Source of the DNA: a bacterium
GTDB taxonomy: Bacteria; Patescibacteriota; Patescibacteriia; UBA2196
Assembly: GCA_035387885.1 (NCBI GenBank)
Contig: DAOOOW010000002.1
Location: forward strand, 7,869-71,868
Direction: 5' to 3'
Length of the DNA: 64,000 bases
Shown piece after piece: positions 8,606-17,675 of the stretch. How positions within the stretch are numbered: the first letter of the stretch is position 1; the number at the start of each line of letters is the position of its first letter. The translations under genes and the position numbers were made by a program. The notes beneath the pieces were generated by a model. It was given only the letters and a program-made list of their open reading frames with translations, was not told the DNA's origin and did not search any database.

Positions 8606-9439
8606 ATGCCACTAATCGATTCTCACTGCCATCTAAATTCTAAGGAATTTGAGAATAACTATAAAGAAATAATTGCCGATTGTCTTGAAAAAGAAATCGG
8701 TCTTCTTAACATTGGCGCGGATTTTGAAACCTCCAAACGCGCTGTAGAAATTGCTAGCGAGTATCCCAATAAACCAATTTACGCTTCTATTGGTATGCAC
8801 CCAGAAAGCATTCAGGAAAATTTTGATGCTGAAAAATTTCAAAAATTAATTAACCCCAAAACCGTGGCTGTTGGTGAAATCGGTTTAGAATATTTTTTTG
8901 ATAATAAGCAGGAATTAAAGGAAAAACAACAAGAATTATTTAGACAACAATTAAATTTTGCCATAAAAAATAATTTACCAGTAATTTTACACGCCCGTGG
9001 TTCAAAATTAAATCCCTACGATGTATATGAGGACATGTTAGATATTTTAAAAAAACAGGAACCTGCCCGCCGGAGCGATAATTGGTCGCGATGGAGCGAA
9101 GGCGGGGAGAAGGGTGTCGTCCACTGTTTTAGCGCTAGCCAGGAAATCGCTCAAAAATTTCTTGATCTGGGTTTTTATATTGGCCTAACTGGTTTAATTA
9201 CCTTTAAAAACAAATCAGTTGACAGTTTGCGCCAAACTGTTAAAATGATTCCTTTGGAGCGTCTTTTAGTGGAAACCGACACGCCATATATGACCCCAGA
9301 ACCACACAGGGGTGAGAAAAATTTGCCCCAATACACTGAATTTGTGGCCAGGAAACTAGCCGCAATAAAAGGTGTGAGTTATACAGAAATTTGTAAAATC
9401 ACCACAGAAAATTTTAAAAAATTGTTTTTAAAAAAATAA
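8606..9439 (+). CDS. tatD: TatD-family metal-dependent hydrolase/DNase, with an in-frame repeat insertion
   Basis: PLIDSHCHL start, internal HCFSG-type motif (VVHCFSAS). The inserted peptide PARRSDNWSRWSEGGEK is encoded by the palindromic element at 9062-9106. The upstream part of track ORF 8561.. is a repeat, not coding. Confidence 0.8.
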   Translation: MPLIDSHCHLNSKEFENNYKEIIADCLEKEIGLLNIGADFETSKRAVEIASEYPNKPIYASIGMHPESIQENFDAEKFQKLINPKTVAVGEIGLEYFFDNKQELKEKQQELFRQQLNFAIKNNLPVILHARGSKLNPYDVYEDMLDILKKQEPARRSDNWSRWSEGGEKGVVHCFSASQEIAQKFLDLGFYIGLTGLITFKNKSVDSLRQTVKMIPLERLLVETDTPYMTPEPHRGEKNLPQYTEFVARKLAAIKGVSYTEICKITTENFKKLFLKK

Positions 9440-9443
9440 TTTG

Positions 9444-9471
9444 TTCGCTCCAGTCTCCTGACTGGAGCGGC
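9444..9471 (+). repeat. CGCTCCAGTC-TCCT-GACTGGAGCG hairpin element downstream of tatD
   Basis: Perfect 10-bp stem with no T-run, so it is a repeat rather than a classic terminator. Variants occur at 15927-15951, 25327-25421 and in the 70-bp repeat. Confidence 0.5.
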
Positions 9472-9475
9472 AATG

Positions 9476-9546
9476 CTTCCTTAATGTAAAAGATTTTAAT
9501 TACATTATTGAACATAAAGCCTCCAGTCAGGAGACATGGAGGCAAC
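9476..9546 (+). repeat. 70-bp repeat copy 1; its SD-containing hairpin sits immediately upstream of rbfA
   Basis: Near-identical to 29993..30064. Contains the GCCTCCAGTC-AGGA-GACaTGGAGGC hairpin. Confidence 0.7.
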
Positions 9547-9552
9547 ATAGTT

Positions 9553-9885
9553 ATGCCCATCCCTCGCACCGACAAACTCAACAAAGAATTTCAACATTTG
9601 ATTGCCGAATTTGTGACAAGAGAACTAGATTTACCGATTGATTTTTTAGTTACTATTACTCATGTAGCCATAGATGGTGGATTATCTGAAGCTAGAATTT
9701 GGCTTTCTGTTTTACCTTTTGAAAAATCAGAAATAGCCATTGGTGAATTAATTAAAAATAAGCAAAACTTGGTTAATTATTTAAACAAAAATTTAAGCAT
9801 TAGAAGAATTCCACGTTTATTGTTTTTAATAGATGAAACAGAACAAGAAGCCACAGAGTTGGAGAAAATAATTAACAAAAATTAG
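9553..9885 (+). CDS. rbfA: Ribosome-binding factor A
   Basis: An internal Met of track ORF 9508.. gives an RbfA-sized protein (about 110 aa) with the KH-like core LPIDFLVTITHVAIDGGLSEARIWLSV. Confidence 0.7.
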   Translation: MPIPRTDKLNKEFQHLIAEFVTRELDLPIDFLVTITHVAIDGGLSEARIWLSVLPFEKSEIAIGELIKNKQNLVNYLNKNLSIRRIPRLLFLIDETEQEATELEKIINKN

Positions 9886-9887
9886 AA

Positions 9888-10895
9888 ATGACAACCACCG
9901 TAAAAAACATGTCCAACTTGAGCCCTACCATTGTTAACCAAATCTTCGACGCCGTTAAAAGCGCCAATAATATTCTTTTAGTTTCTCATATTCATCCAGA
10001 TGGTGATTCGCTGAGTTCCATGTTGGCTTTTTATAAATTTTTATTAAAAAATGATAAACAAGCTACCATGTTTGTGGCCGACAACTTGCCACCAGATTTT
10101 AATTTTTTAGTTAATTTTAATCAGATAGAAACTAATTTTGTTAATTTAAAAAATGAAAAATTTGATTTAATTGTTTTTCTAGATTGCGGAGATTATGAGA
10201 GGAGTGGGCTTAAAGATCATCAAGAAAAAATAACCAATACTCAAACTATCAATATCGATCATCATTATTCTAATAATAAATTTGCTAATGTTAATTTGGT
10301 CATGCCCAGCATGTCTTCTACAGCAGAAATTTTGTTCCACTTTTTTGAACAGATAAATTTTATTTTAGATATTAATGTGGCCAGTTTGCTTTTAACTGGT
10401 ATTCTAACAGACACCAATTTTTTTGTTTATTCTAATGCCAATGCCGTAACTTTAAAAGTGGCTGGAGAGTTAATAAAATTGGGCGCTAAAACCAATGTTG
10501 TTTTAGAGAATGTTTATCAAGGCCTGCCTTACAAAAGTTTAAAAATTTTTGGTAAGGCTCTGGCTCGTTTGAATATTAATCAAGAAAATAAATTAGCTAC
10601 CACAGCTATTTTTTTAGATGATTTGGAGGAAAGCAGAGTTACGAGTGATGATTTGGAAGGTTTGAATGATCATTTGAATAGAATGTTTGATGTCGAAGGA
10701 ACTTGTGTGTTTAAAGAAGCTGAAAATGGGTTAATTAAAGGCAGTTTACGCACCATGAAAAACAATGTCGATGTTTCGCTATTTGCTCAAAAATATGGTG
10801 GTGGAGGACATAAAAAAGCGGCTGGCTTTAAAACTGCTGGTAAAATTGTTAAAACAGAAGAAGGAGGGTGGAAGATAGAAAAGACAAATTTTTAA
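9888..10895 (+). CDS. nrnA: DHH/DHHA1 phosphoesterase (NrnA-like oligoribonuclease/pAp phosphatase)
   Basis: Motifs HIHPDGDSLSS, NIDHH and the DHHA1 motif GGGHKKAAG. Confidence 0.8.
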   Translation: MTTTVKNMSNLSPTIVNQIFDAVKSANNILLVSHIHPDGDSLSSMLAFYKFLLKNDKQATMFVADNLPPDFNFLVNFNQIETNFVNLKNEKFDLIVFLDCGDYERSGLKDHQEKITNTQTINIDHHYSNNKFANVNLVMPSMSSTAEILFHFFEQINFILDINVASLLLTGILTDTNFFVYSNANAVTLKVAGELIKLGAKTNVVLENVYQGLPYKSLKIFGKALARLNINQENKLATTAIFLDDLEESRVTSDDLEGLNDHLNRMFDVEGTCVFKEAENGLIKGSLRTMKNNVDVSLFAQKYGGGGHKKAAGFKTAGKIVKTEEGGWKIEKTNF

Positions 10896-10985
10896 TTTCT
10901 AATTTTGAATTTTTAAAAATTAAAATATTCAAAATTATTTCAAAATTGTAAAATTAAAAATTAAAAATTTTTTAAACTTGACTCT
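10890..10985 (+). repeat. AT-rich promoter-proximal repeat, copy 2 (related to 4179..4292), overlapping a clpP promoter
   Basis: Shared TAATTTCTAATTTTGAATTTTT block. TTGACT-17-TAATAT lies directly downstream at about 10976-11006. Confidence 0.5.
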
Positions 10986-11014
10986 TAATAAAACACCATA
11001 TAATATATAAACAT

Positions 11015-11590
11015 ATGAATCTCATACCTACTGTTATTGAAAAAACCAATTTAGGTGAACGAGCCTATGATATTTATTCTCGTTTGCTTAAGGACCGCAT
11101 AATTTTTTTAGGCTCGGCTATTGATGACGCAATAGCCAACACTGTCATTGCCCAATTGCTTTTTTTAGATTCGGAAGATAATAAAAAAGATATCAAATTA
11201 TATATTAATTCCCCGGGTGGTTCGGTTACTGCAGGCCTGGCCATTTATGACACTATGCAATATGTTAAAGCTGATGTTTCCACAATTTGCGTGGGGACTG
11301 CTGCCTCGATGGGCGCCGTAATTTTGGCTGCTGGAGCCAAAGGTAAGAGATTGGCTTTGCCCAATGCGGAAATAATGTTGCATCAAGTTATGGGCGGAGC
11401 TGAAGGTCAAGCTATTGATATAAAAATTAGGGCTGAACATATTTTAAAAGTTAAAGATAAATTAAATAAAATTTTAGCCGAACATATTGGCCAAAGTTTA
11501 GATAAAATAGAGAAAGATTCTGATCGCGATTTTTTTATGACTGCTGAAGAAGCTAAAAAATATGGTTTAATAGACAAGATAATTAAATAA
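11015..11590 (+). CDS. clpP: ATP-dependent Clp protease proteolytic subunit
   Basis: Catalytic Ser/His blocks GTAASMGA and MLHQVMGG. The whole length is strongly ClpP-like. Confidence 0.92.
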   Translation: MNLIPTVIEKTNLGERAYDIYSRLLKDRIIFLGSAIDDAIANTVIAQLLFLDSEDNKKDIKLYINSPGGSVTAGLAIYDTMQYVKADVSTICVGTAASMGAVILAAGAKGKRLALPNAEIMLHQVMGGAEGQAIDIKIRAEHILKVKDKLNKILAEHIGQSLDKIEKDSDRDFFMTAEEAKKYGLIDKIIK

Positions 11591-11621
11591 TAAATTTATA
11601 ACTTATAGATGGAGGTAGGTA

Positions 11622-12098
11622 ATGACTGGACAAAATATTCGACTGGCTGTGATTTTTTTGGTTATTACAGAAGATTCCCATGGTAAAAAAATAATTGCCA
11701 TTGGTAAAAAAAGATCAAACTCGCCCAAATTTATGGCTGGTTGTTGGCATATTCCTGGTGGCACTAGTTGTTTAAGTGATTATCTTAATTTAAAATCTTT
11801 TGCCGAGCTTATTCAAAGAATTGCCGAACGAGAAGCTAAAGAAGAATTGGGTGTTGAAGTTGATTTTAAAAAAATTCTCCATTCACAGGCAATTATAAAG
11901 CCAGATAAAGGCGAATTTTTGCAAATGGTCTACGTGCTTTGTCGTCCGGTAGATAATTCACAAATAAATTTAAAGCACGGCAGCGATTTAGAAGATGCTA
12001 AATGGGTGCCTTTTAATAAAGTTTTAGAATATTTGGATGTCAAAGCCATTGAGCATCTGCCTGATGGTATCAAATTATTTATTACTTCTTTTGTTTAA
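11622..12098 (+). CDS. NUDIX hydrolase
   Basis: NUDIX box ...AELIQRIAEREAKEELGV (REUxEExGU). Confidence 0.65.
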   Translation: MTGQNIRLAVIFLVITEDSHGKKIIAIGKKRSNSPKFMAGCWHIPGGTSCLSDYLNLKSFAELIQRIAEREAKEELGVEVDFKKILHSQAIIKPDKGEFLQMVYVLCRPVDNSQINLKHGSDLEDAKWVPFNKVLEYLDVKAIEHLPDGIKLFITSFV

Positions 12099-12114
12099 AA
12101 AACGGAGGCAAGCA

Positions 12115-12654
12115 ATGGGTAATGCACAATTATCTCTAGGTTTGGTTATTATCAATACTCAACAGGAAATTTTGCTGATCAGAAAAAAAGATGAAAAACG
12201 ATGGCATCTTTGCTGGTGTGAAATGAAAATTGGAGAGTCATTTAAAAATGCGATTAAAAAATCTATGAGAGAGTTTTTTTCTGTTATTGGTGCAGAAATT
12301 GGTGGTGTGGTTTATTTAGGGACTTCTGTCCTTCAAGAAGAGTATCTTATTGGAGGAGAAAATTCAGTTTCGATTCTTGTGCAAGTGATTATACAGAGAC
12401 CAAAAAAAATTATAACCCCCAAATGGTGGGAAGCTAAATGGTTTTCAATTAAAGGATTGTCTAAACAAAACAATGTTGCATCCTGGCTTGGGGAAGAACT
12501 CGACAGGTTAAGCAGAAGAATTGGAAAAACGGATGGGAATCTTCTTACGGTGGATGATTTTGATCCAGAATCTTTTGAAATAACAAAAACTTTGTTAAAA
12601 GATATGGAAGCATTGAATGACGATAGAGAGCCGGAATGGCCTGGCGATCGTTAA
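12115..12654 (+). CDS. Hypothetical protein, possibly a degenerate NUDIX-fold protein with an acidic C-terminal tail
   Basis: Start at the ATG 7 nt after GGAGG (internal to track ORF 12037..). The GESFKNAIKKSMREFFSVIG stretch resembles a NUDIX box that lacks the catalytic EE. Confidence 0.4.
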   Translation: MGNAQLSLGLVIINTQQEILLIRKKDEKRWHLCWCEMKIGESFKNAIKKSMREFFSVIGAEIGGVVYLGTSVLQEEYLIGGENSVSILVQVIIQRPKKIITPKWWEAKWFSIKGLSKQNNVASWLGEELDRLSRRIGKTDGNLLTVDDFDPESFEITKTLLKDMEALNDDREPEWPGDR

Positions 12655-12676
12655 TTGCAAAAAAAATATATCTTTA

Positions 12677-12705
12677 CACCGAGCGCGATTTGCTCGGTTT
12701 TTTAT
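12677..12705 (+). terminator. Intrinsic terminator
   Basis: CACCGAGC-GCGATTT-GCTCGGT stem followed by TTTTTTATTTT. Confidence 0.7.
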
Positions 12706-12711
12706 TTTATC

Positions 12712-12740
12712 TTGCCAAAAAAACTTTTTAATGCTATAAT
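12712..12740 (+). promoter_or_regulatory. Candidate sigma70 promoter (TTGCCA-17-TATAAT), about 300 nt upstream of rny
   Basis: Hexamers at 12712-12717 and 12735-12740 with 17-nt spacing. Confidence 0.4.
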
Positions 12741-13038
12741 TAAAATATTAAAAATTAATTACTTCCAAAAATATAAAAATAAGGGATTAGAAAAGATTTT
12801 TGGCTAACATTAGTATAAATTATTTTGAATTTTTTAAATACAATTAGCTGCTATGAAATCAGTTTTTGACTTATCAAACATTTTAAATATAAATTATCTT
12901 TTAGATAAAAAAATCTAATATTTTTTGTTGTCTATTTTTGATTGCTAATTTTAAAATTAATTCAATAACAATTTAATTAAAATCTTTTTAAACTCCCATG
13001 ATTGAAATTTTTTATATTTCAGGAAATCAGGGAGTTTT

Positions 13039-14550
13039 ATGATACTTTATTTAATTATTGGTTTAGTAGCGGGACTTGGCGGAGGTTATTTAATTCGTCG
13101 TTATGTTGCCAGTCGCTACGCTGAAAATGCTGAAGCTAAGGCCGAAAAAATTTTGGAAGAAGCTAAAAATAAACAAAGAGATTTATTGATTGAAGCTAAA
13201 GATAAGGCTTTAAAAATTATCGATGAGGCTAAAAAAGACGAGCAAGACAGACGTAAAGAAATTAGTTCTTTGCAAATACGTTTGGAAAAAAGGGAAACTC
13301 TTTTTGATCAAAAATTGTTGGAATTTGAAGATAAAAAACAACAACTTTTAGACAAAGTAGAAAAAGTGGAAAAAGTTAAACAAGATATTGAGACAGTTAA
13401 AGAAGAACAAATGGCTAAGCTGCAAAAAATTGCAGAAATGACTAAAGATCAGGCTCAAAAAGTTTTATTGGATAACACCGAAAGAACTGTCAAAGAAGAA
13501 TTACTTTCTTTAATGCGCAAAGTGGAAAATCAAACTCAAGAAGAATTAGATAAAAAAGCTAAAGAACTCTTGACTTTGGCTATTGAAAGATGCGCGTCTT
13601 CTCATGCGGCCGAAACTACTAGCTCGACCGTTTCTATACCAAGTGATGAAATGAAAGGTAGAATTATTGGTAAAGAAGGTCGCAATATTAAAACTTTAGA
13701 AAATATGTTGGGGGTAGAAATAATTGTGGATGATACGCCTGGTGCTATTATTGTTTCAGGATTTTCTCCCATCAGAAGACAAGTGGCTAAATTGACTTTA
13801 GAAAAACTTGTTGCTGATGGTCGAATCCATCCTGGCAGAATTGAAGAGACTATTGAACAAGTTAAAAAAGAATTAGCTTTGGAAATTAAAAAAGCTGGTG
13901 AAGATGCTGCCTATCAATTAGGTATTGCTGGTTTAGATCCTAAGTTAATTCAAATTTTGGGTCGCTTAAAATATCGTACTTCTTATGGGCAAAATGTTTT
14001 ACAACATTCCATTGAAGTAGCCAATTTATCGGGTTTATTGGCCGAAGAATTAGGTGTTAATGCGTCATTAGCTAAAAAAGCTGGTTTATTACATGATATT
14101 GGTAAAGCAGTAGATCATGAAGTTGAAGGCACTCATCCAGAAATTGGCTATAACATTTTGAAAAAATATGGTATGCCAGAAGAAGTGGCCAAAGTGGCTA
14201 TTGAGCATCATTTGGATCACCCAGAGACATTACTTGGTGCTATTGGCAAAGTAGCTGATGCAATTTCTGGGGCTAGATTGGGTGCTAGAAAAGATTCTTA
14301 TGAAAATTATATCCAAAGATTGGGTGAATTAGAAGATACAGCCAAAGCATTTGAAGGTGTGGAAAAAGTTTATGCCATTCAAGCCGGTAGAGAGGTGCGT
14401 ATTTTTATTTCTCCAGAAAAAATTGATGATTATGCAGCTAAAAAATTGGCTCGTGAGATTGCCAATAAAATTGAACAAGAATTAAAATATCCTGGAGAAA
14501 TTAAAGTTAATGTGATTAGGGAAACAAGAGTTATTGAATATGCAAGATAA
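13039..14550 (+). CDS. rny: Ribonuclease Y
   Basis: N-terminal TM, coiled-coil region, KH domain (GKEGRNIKTLE...) and HD domain (LHDIGK). Confidence 0.92.
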   Translation: MILYLIIGLVAGLGGGYLIRRYVASRYAENAEAKAEKILEEAKNKQRDLLIEAKDKALKIIDEAKKDEQDRRKEISSLQIRLEKRETLFDQKLLEFEDKKQQLLDKVEKVEKVKQDIETVKEEQMAKLQKIAEMTKDQAQKVLLDNTERTVKEELLSLMRKVENQTQEELDKKAKELLTLAIERCASSHAAETTSSTVSIPSDEMKGRIIGKEGRNIKTLENMLGVEIIVDDTPGAIIVSGFSPIRRQVAKLTLEKLVADGRIHPGRIEETIEQVKKELALEIKKAGEDAAYQLGIAGLDPKLIQILGRLKYRTSYGQNVLQHSIEVANLSGLLAEELGVNASLAKKAGLLHDIGKAVDHEVEGTHPEIGYNILKKYGMPEEVAKVAIEHHLDHPETLLGAIGKVADAISGARLGARKDSYENYIQRLGELEDTAKAFEGVEKVYAIQAGREVRIFISPEKIDDYAAKKLAREIANKIEQELKYPGEIKVNVIRETRVIEYAR

Positions 14551-14554
14551 GCAT

Positions 14555-14675
14555 TACTAAAGTTTATCCCGAGTGTCTATTTTGGTCGCTTTGAACCGAA
14601 CTTGCCTACCGGTAGGCGGGGGATCTCATTTTTAAAATTAGAGATCTCTCACTAATCGCTCGAGATAAACTTGGA
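14555..14675 (+). repeat. Intergenic palindromic repeat element (GTTTATCCCGAG ... CTCGAGATAAAC termini)
   Basis: Terminal inverted repeats with one mismatch, with internal CCTACCGGTAGG and GAGATCTCTC sub-palindromes. Same family as 42655.., 45394.., 51700.., 54355... Confidence 0.65.
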
Positions 14676-14681
14676 AATTTT

Positions 14682-15476
14682 ATGACCATTATTTTTTTTG
14701 GAGATATTGTTGGGAAAATTGGCCGCGAGGCCATAAAAAAAGTTTTGCCAGAGCTTAACAAGAAATTTAAGCCAGATTTAATTATGGCCAATGTAGAGAA
14801 TTTGGCTCATGGCAAAGGAGTAACTGAAAAAACTTTAGATGAAATGGTAGAAGCCGGTATTAATATTTTTACTTCTGGTAATCATATTACTAAAAAGGGT
14901 GAGTTTGGAAAAATTTTAAGTGATGAAAAATATCAATTAGTGAGACCAGCTAATTATCCACCCACGGTGGTTGGTCGAGAATATTTAAAATTGAAAATAA
15001 AAAATAAAAATGTTTTTATTTTGAATTTTTTAGGCAGAGTTTTTTTTAGAGAAACAGTAGATTGTCCGTTTAGAAAATTTGATGAAATATACAATTTGCT
15101 TAAAATTAAAAAAAATGATATAGTTTTAATAGATTTTCACGCTGAAGCAACTTCAGAAAAGCGAGCTTTTGGTTGGTATGTTGATGGTCGGGCTAGTGCA
15201 CTGTTTGGGACGCATACTCACATTGAAACAGCTGATGAGAAAATTTTGCCCCTTGGGACTGGCTATATTACAGATGTAGGCATGACCGGAGGTTTAGAAA
15301 CTGTGATTGGTGTAAAAAAAGATAATATTATTGAAGGTTTTTTATCCCAAACCACTGTTTTGCACGAATTTCCAGAAACTGGACCAGTGGAAGTCAATGC
15401 TCTTTTGATAAAAATCGATGATCAATCTGGCAAGTGTTGGGAGCTCAAAAGAATCCATAAAGAAATAAAAATTTAA
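14682..15476 (+). CDS. ymdB: YmdB-like metallophosphoesterase (2',3'-cyclic nucleotide phosphodiesterase family, TIGR00282-like)
   Basis: IIFFGDIVGKIGREAI...MANVENLAHGKG...SGNH motifs. Adjacent to rny, as in the Bacillus rny-ymdB arrangement. Confidence 0.75.
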   Translation: MTIIFFGDIVGKIGREAIKKVLPELNKKFKPDLIMANVENLAHGKGVTEKTLDEMVEAGINIFTSGNHITKKGEFGKILSDEKYQLVRPANYPPTVVGREYLKLKIKNKNVFILNFLGRVFFRETVDCPFRKFDEIYNLLKIKKNDIVLIDFHAEATSEKRAFGWYVDGRASALFGTHTHIETADEKILPLGTGYITDVGMTGGLETVIGVKKDNIIEGFLSQTTVLHEFPETGPVEVNALLIKIDDQSGKCWELKRIHKEIKI

Positions 15477-15477
15477 T

Positions 15478-15560
15478 TTGCGAATTATTACCAATTTAAT
15501 ACTAATTTTGCGAATTATTAAATTCGCATTATTCGCTAATAATTTGTAATAATTAGCATA
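15478..15560 (+). repeat. AATTCGC / TTTGTAATAATT box cluster upstream of hup
   Basis: TTTGCGAATTATTAAATTCGCATTATTCGCTAATAATTTGTAATAATTAGCATA, ending 7 nt before the hup ATG. Confidence 0.45.
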
Positions 15561-15566
15561 CTTGAT

Positions 15567-15845
15567 ATGAACAAATCAGAACTCATTATGTCTTTAGCAG
15601 AAAAACTTTCTGTGGAAAAAGCGGTCGCTGAAAAAATGCTTAATACTTTGGTTGATATGATTGTAGAAGAATTAAAAAAAGGCGGGGAAGTAACTATTAC
15701 AGGTTTTGGAACTTTTTTGGCGAAACGTCGAGAAGCTCGCATGGGTGTTAACCCCCAAAATCCTAGCGAGAAAATTCAGATTCATGCTGTGACCGTGCCG
15801 AAATTTAAAGCTGGTAAAACCTTGAAAGATGCCTTGAAAGCTTAA
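15567..15845 (+). CDS. hup: DNA-binding protein HU
   Basis: MNKSELI...GGEVTITGFGTF...R.GRNPQT-like arm. 92 aa. Confidence 0.9.
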   Translation: MNKSELIMSLAEKLSVEKAVAEKMLNTLVDMIVEELKKGGEVTITGFGTFLAKRREARMGVNPQNPSEKIQIHAVTVPKFKAGKTLKDALKA

Positions 15846-15959
15846 TTCTTTAATTGTAAACTCAAGCGACTATTTTAGTTGTTAAGAGTTTGGGGATCCT
15901 TTTTTTAATTTTCTAATCATTTTTTCGCTCCAGTCTTTTGATTGGAGCGTTGGTGTATT

Positions 15960-16958
15960 ATGCCAAAATATAAAATTGGAACTAAATACATTGCCAATCG
16001 TTTAGACAAATTTCTTTTTGAAAAAATAAAAAAATTTTCTCGTTCTCAAATTCAAAAGCAAATAAAAGATGGATTAATTTTAGTGAACAATAAAATTATT
16101 CAGCCACATTATTTTTTAAAAGAAAAAGATGTTATAGAAATAAAGAAATCAGAAATTAAGAAATTGGGGGATAGTGGTTCTCTCCAGTCTCCAAACCGGA
16201 GCGACAACGTATTAAACCACCAATCAGGAGACCAGAGGGAACAGCCAATAGAAATAATTTTTGAAACCCCAGATTATTTAGTCATTAATAAACCAGAAGG
16301 TTTATTGGTGCATCCAGGCAATGTTCACTCCGACAAAACTTTGATTGATTGGTTAATTAAAAAATATCCGAGTATTAAAAAAGTTTTTGATAAAGATAAT
16401 AAGATTGGTAAAACCAGACCGGGCATTGTTCATCGACTAGATCGTGATGTTTCTGGTTTAATGGTCATTGCTAAAACTCAGCCCATGTTTGATTATTTAA
16501 AAAATCAGTTTAAAGATAGAGTCATCAAAAAAGAGTATTTAGCTTTGGTTCATGGCGAAGTTTCTTTAGATGTTGGTAGAATCGAGCGTGCACTCATTCG
16601 TTCTAAAAAAACTGGTTTAATAGCTGCGCAAACAGAAGAAAATTCGCTTGGTAAAGAAGCCATTACTGAATTTTCGGTTATACAAAGATATAAAAAATAT
16701 ACACTTTTGCAGATTAAACTTTTAACCGGTCGCACTCATCAAATTCGCGTGCATCTTAAAAGTATTGGTCATAGTATTTTAGGCGATAAACTCTATATAA
16801 CTCGCAATATTCGTCTTAAAGCCAAAAAACCAACAGTAAACAATATTTTTTTATTATCTAAAAAATTGGGTTTTTATGATTTGGAAAATAATTGGCAAGA
16901 ATTCAAAATTAAAGAACCAAAATGGTGGCTTGAATATTTAAAGATTTTAAAATCTTGA
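15960..16958 (+). CDS. RluA-family pseudouridine synthase (RluD-like, S4 domain plus catalytic domain) with an in-frame repeat insertion in the inter-domain linker
   Basis: HRLDRDVSGLMVIAKT catalytic motif. A roughly 60-bp element at 16190-16250 (CTCCAGTCTCC...GGAGACCAGAG) encodes SLQSPNRSDNVLNHQSGDQRE. Confidence 0.75.
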   Translation: MPKYKIGTKYIANRLDKFLFEKIKKFSRSQIQKQIKDGLILVNNKIIQPHYFLKEKDVIEIKKSEIKKLGDSGSLQSPNRSDNVLNHQSGDQREQPIEIIFETPDYLVINKPEGLLVHPGNVHSDKTLIDWLIKKYPSIKKVFDKDNKIGKTRPGIVHRLDRDVSGLMVIAKTQPMFDYLKNQFKDRVIKKEYLALVHGEVSLDVGRIERALIRSKKTGLIAAQTEENSLGKEAITEFSVIQRYKKYTLLQIKLLTGRTHQIRVHLKSIGHSILGDKLYITRNIRLKAKKPTVNNIFLLSKKLGFYDLENNWQEFKIKEPKWWLEYLKILKS

Positions 16959-17091
16959 CACGTTTTTATAATTATATTACTATAAAAATAACTAAATTTA
17001 TCAACCATAAACACGAATTTTGTATAAATTGGATTTTAAAACCATAATTCATAATTCATTCCGCCAGTTGGCGGATCATAATTTAAATTTT

Positions 17092-17454
17092 ATGTCAGAA
17101 GTTCAAAAAACAGAAGCAATCGAATTAACAAATCTTAAACCAGGTATGGTGGTTAAGGTTTATGAGAAAATTAAAGATATTGATGCTAAGGGCAAAGAAA
17201 GAACCCGTTCTCAGATTTTTGAGGGCACGGTTTTAGCAGTTAAAAACTCTAAAACTAGTATGGGTTCTTTTGTTGTTAGAAAAATTTCCGAAGGCGTGGG
17301 CGTGGAAAAAATTTATCCTTTGCAATCACCTTTAATTGAAAAGATAATTTTTGTTAAACAGATTAAAGTTAATCGCGCCAAGCTTTATTATTTAAGAAAT
17401 TACAAAAAAAGATTAAAAGAAAAGAAAGTAATTAAAGTTAAAAAAGAAGTTTAA
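17092..17454 (+). CDS. rplS: Ribosomal protein L19
   Basis: MVVKVYEKIKD..RSQIFEGTVLA core. Start set at the internal Met; the upstream part of the track ORF contains a CCGCCAGTTGGCGG palindrome. Confidence 0.85.
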   Translation: MSEVQKTEAIELTNLKPGMVVKVYEKIKDIDAKGKERTRSQIFEGTVLAVKNSKTSMGSFVVRKISEGVGVEKIYPLQSPLIEKIIFVKQIKVNRAKLYYLRNYKKRLKEKKVIKVKKEV

Positions 17455-17572
17455 TTAATTTGATTTATTGTTATTTTTTGCTATAATAAAAGCGATTCCT
17501 TCGCTTTTATTTGTTTATAATAATATCCCGTAGGGACAGGTTTCAAACCTGTCCCTACAAAATAAAATTTCC

Positions 17573-17656
17573 TGCGGACGTGGCGGAATTGGTATACGCG
17601 CAGCCTTGAGGTGGCTGTGGTCGCAAGGCCTTGGAGGTTCAAGTCCTCTCGTCCGC
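17573..17656 (+). tRNA. tRNA-Leu (anticodon GAG), type II
   Basis: Acceptor GCGGACG/CGTCCGC, anticodon loop TTGAGGT, long variable arm TGGTCGCAAGGCCTTGG, T-arm GGTTCAAGTCC. Confidence 0.8.
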
Positions 17657-17675
17657 ATTTACTCAAGAAACTGTT

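Noticed and set aside
9444-9471. The CGCTCCAGTC-TCCT-GACTGGAGCG hairpins (also 15927-15951) read as rho-independent terminators
   Set aside because: They lack a downstream U-tract. The one at 15927 is preceded rather than followed by a T-run. The same half-sites also occur as long-range inverted repeats inside the MurG-like CDS, so they belong to the repeat family.
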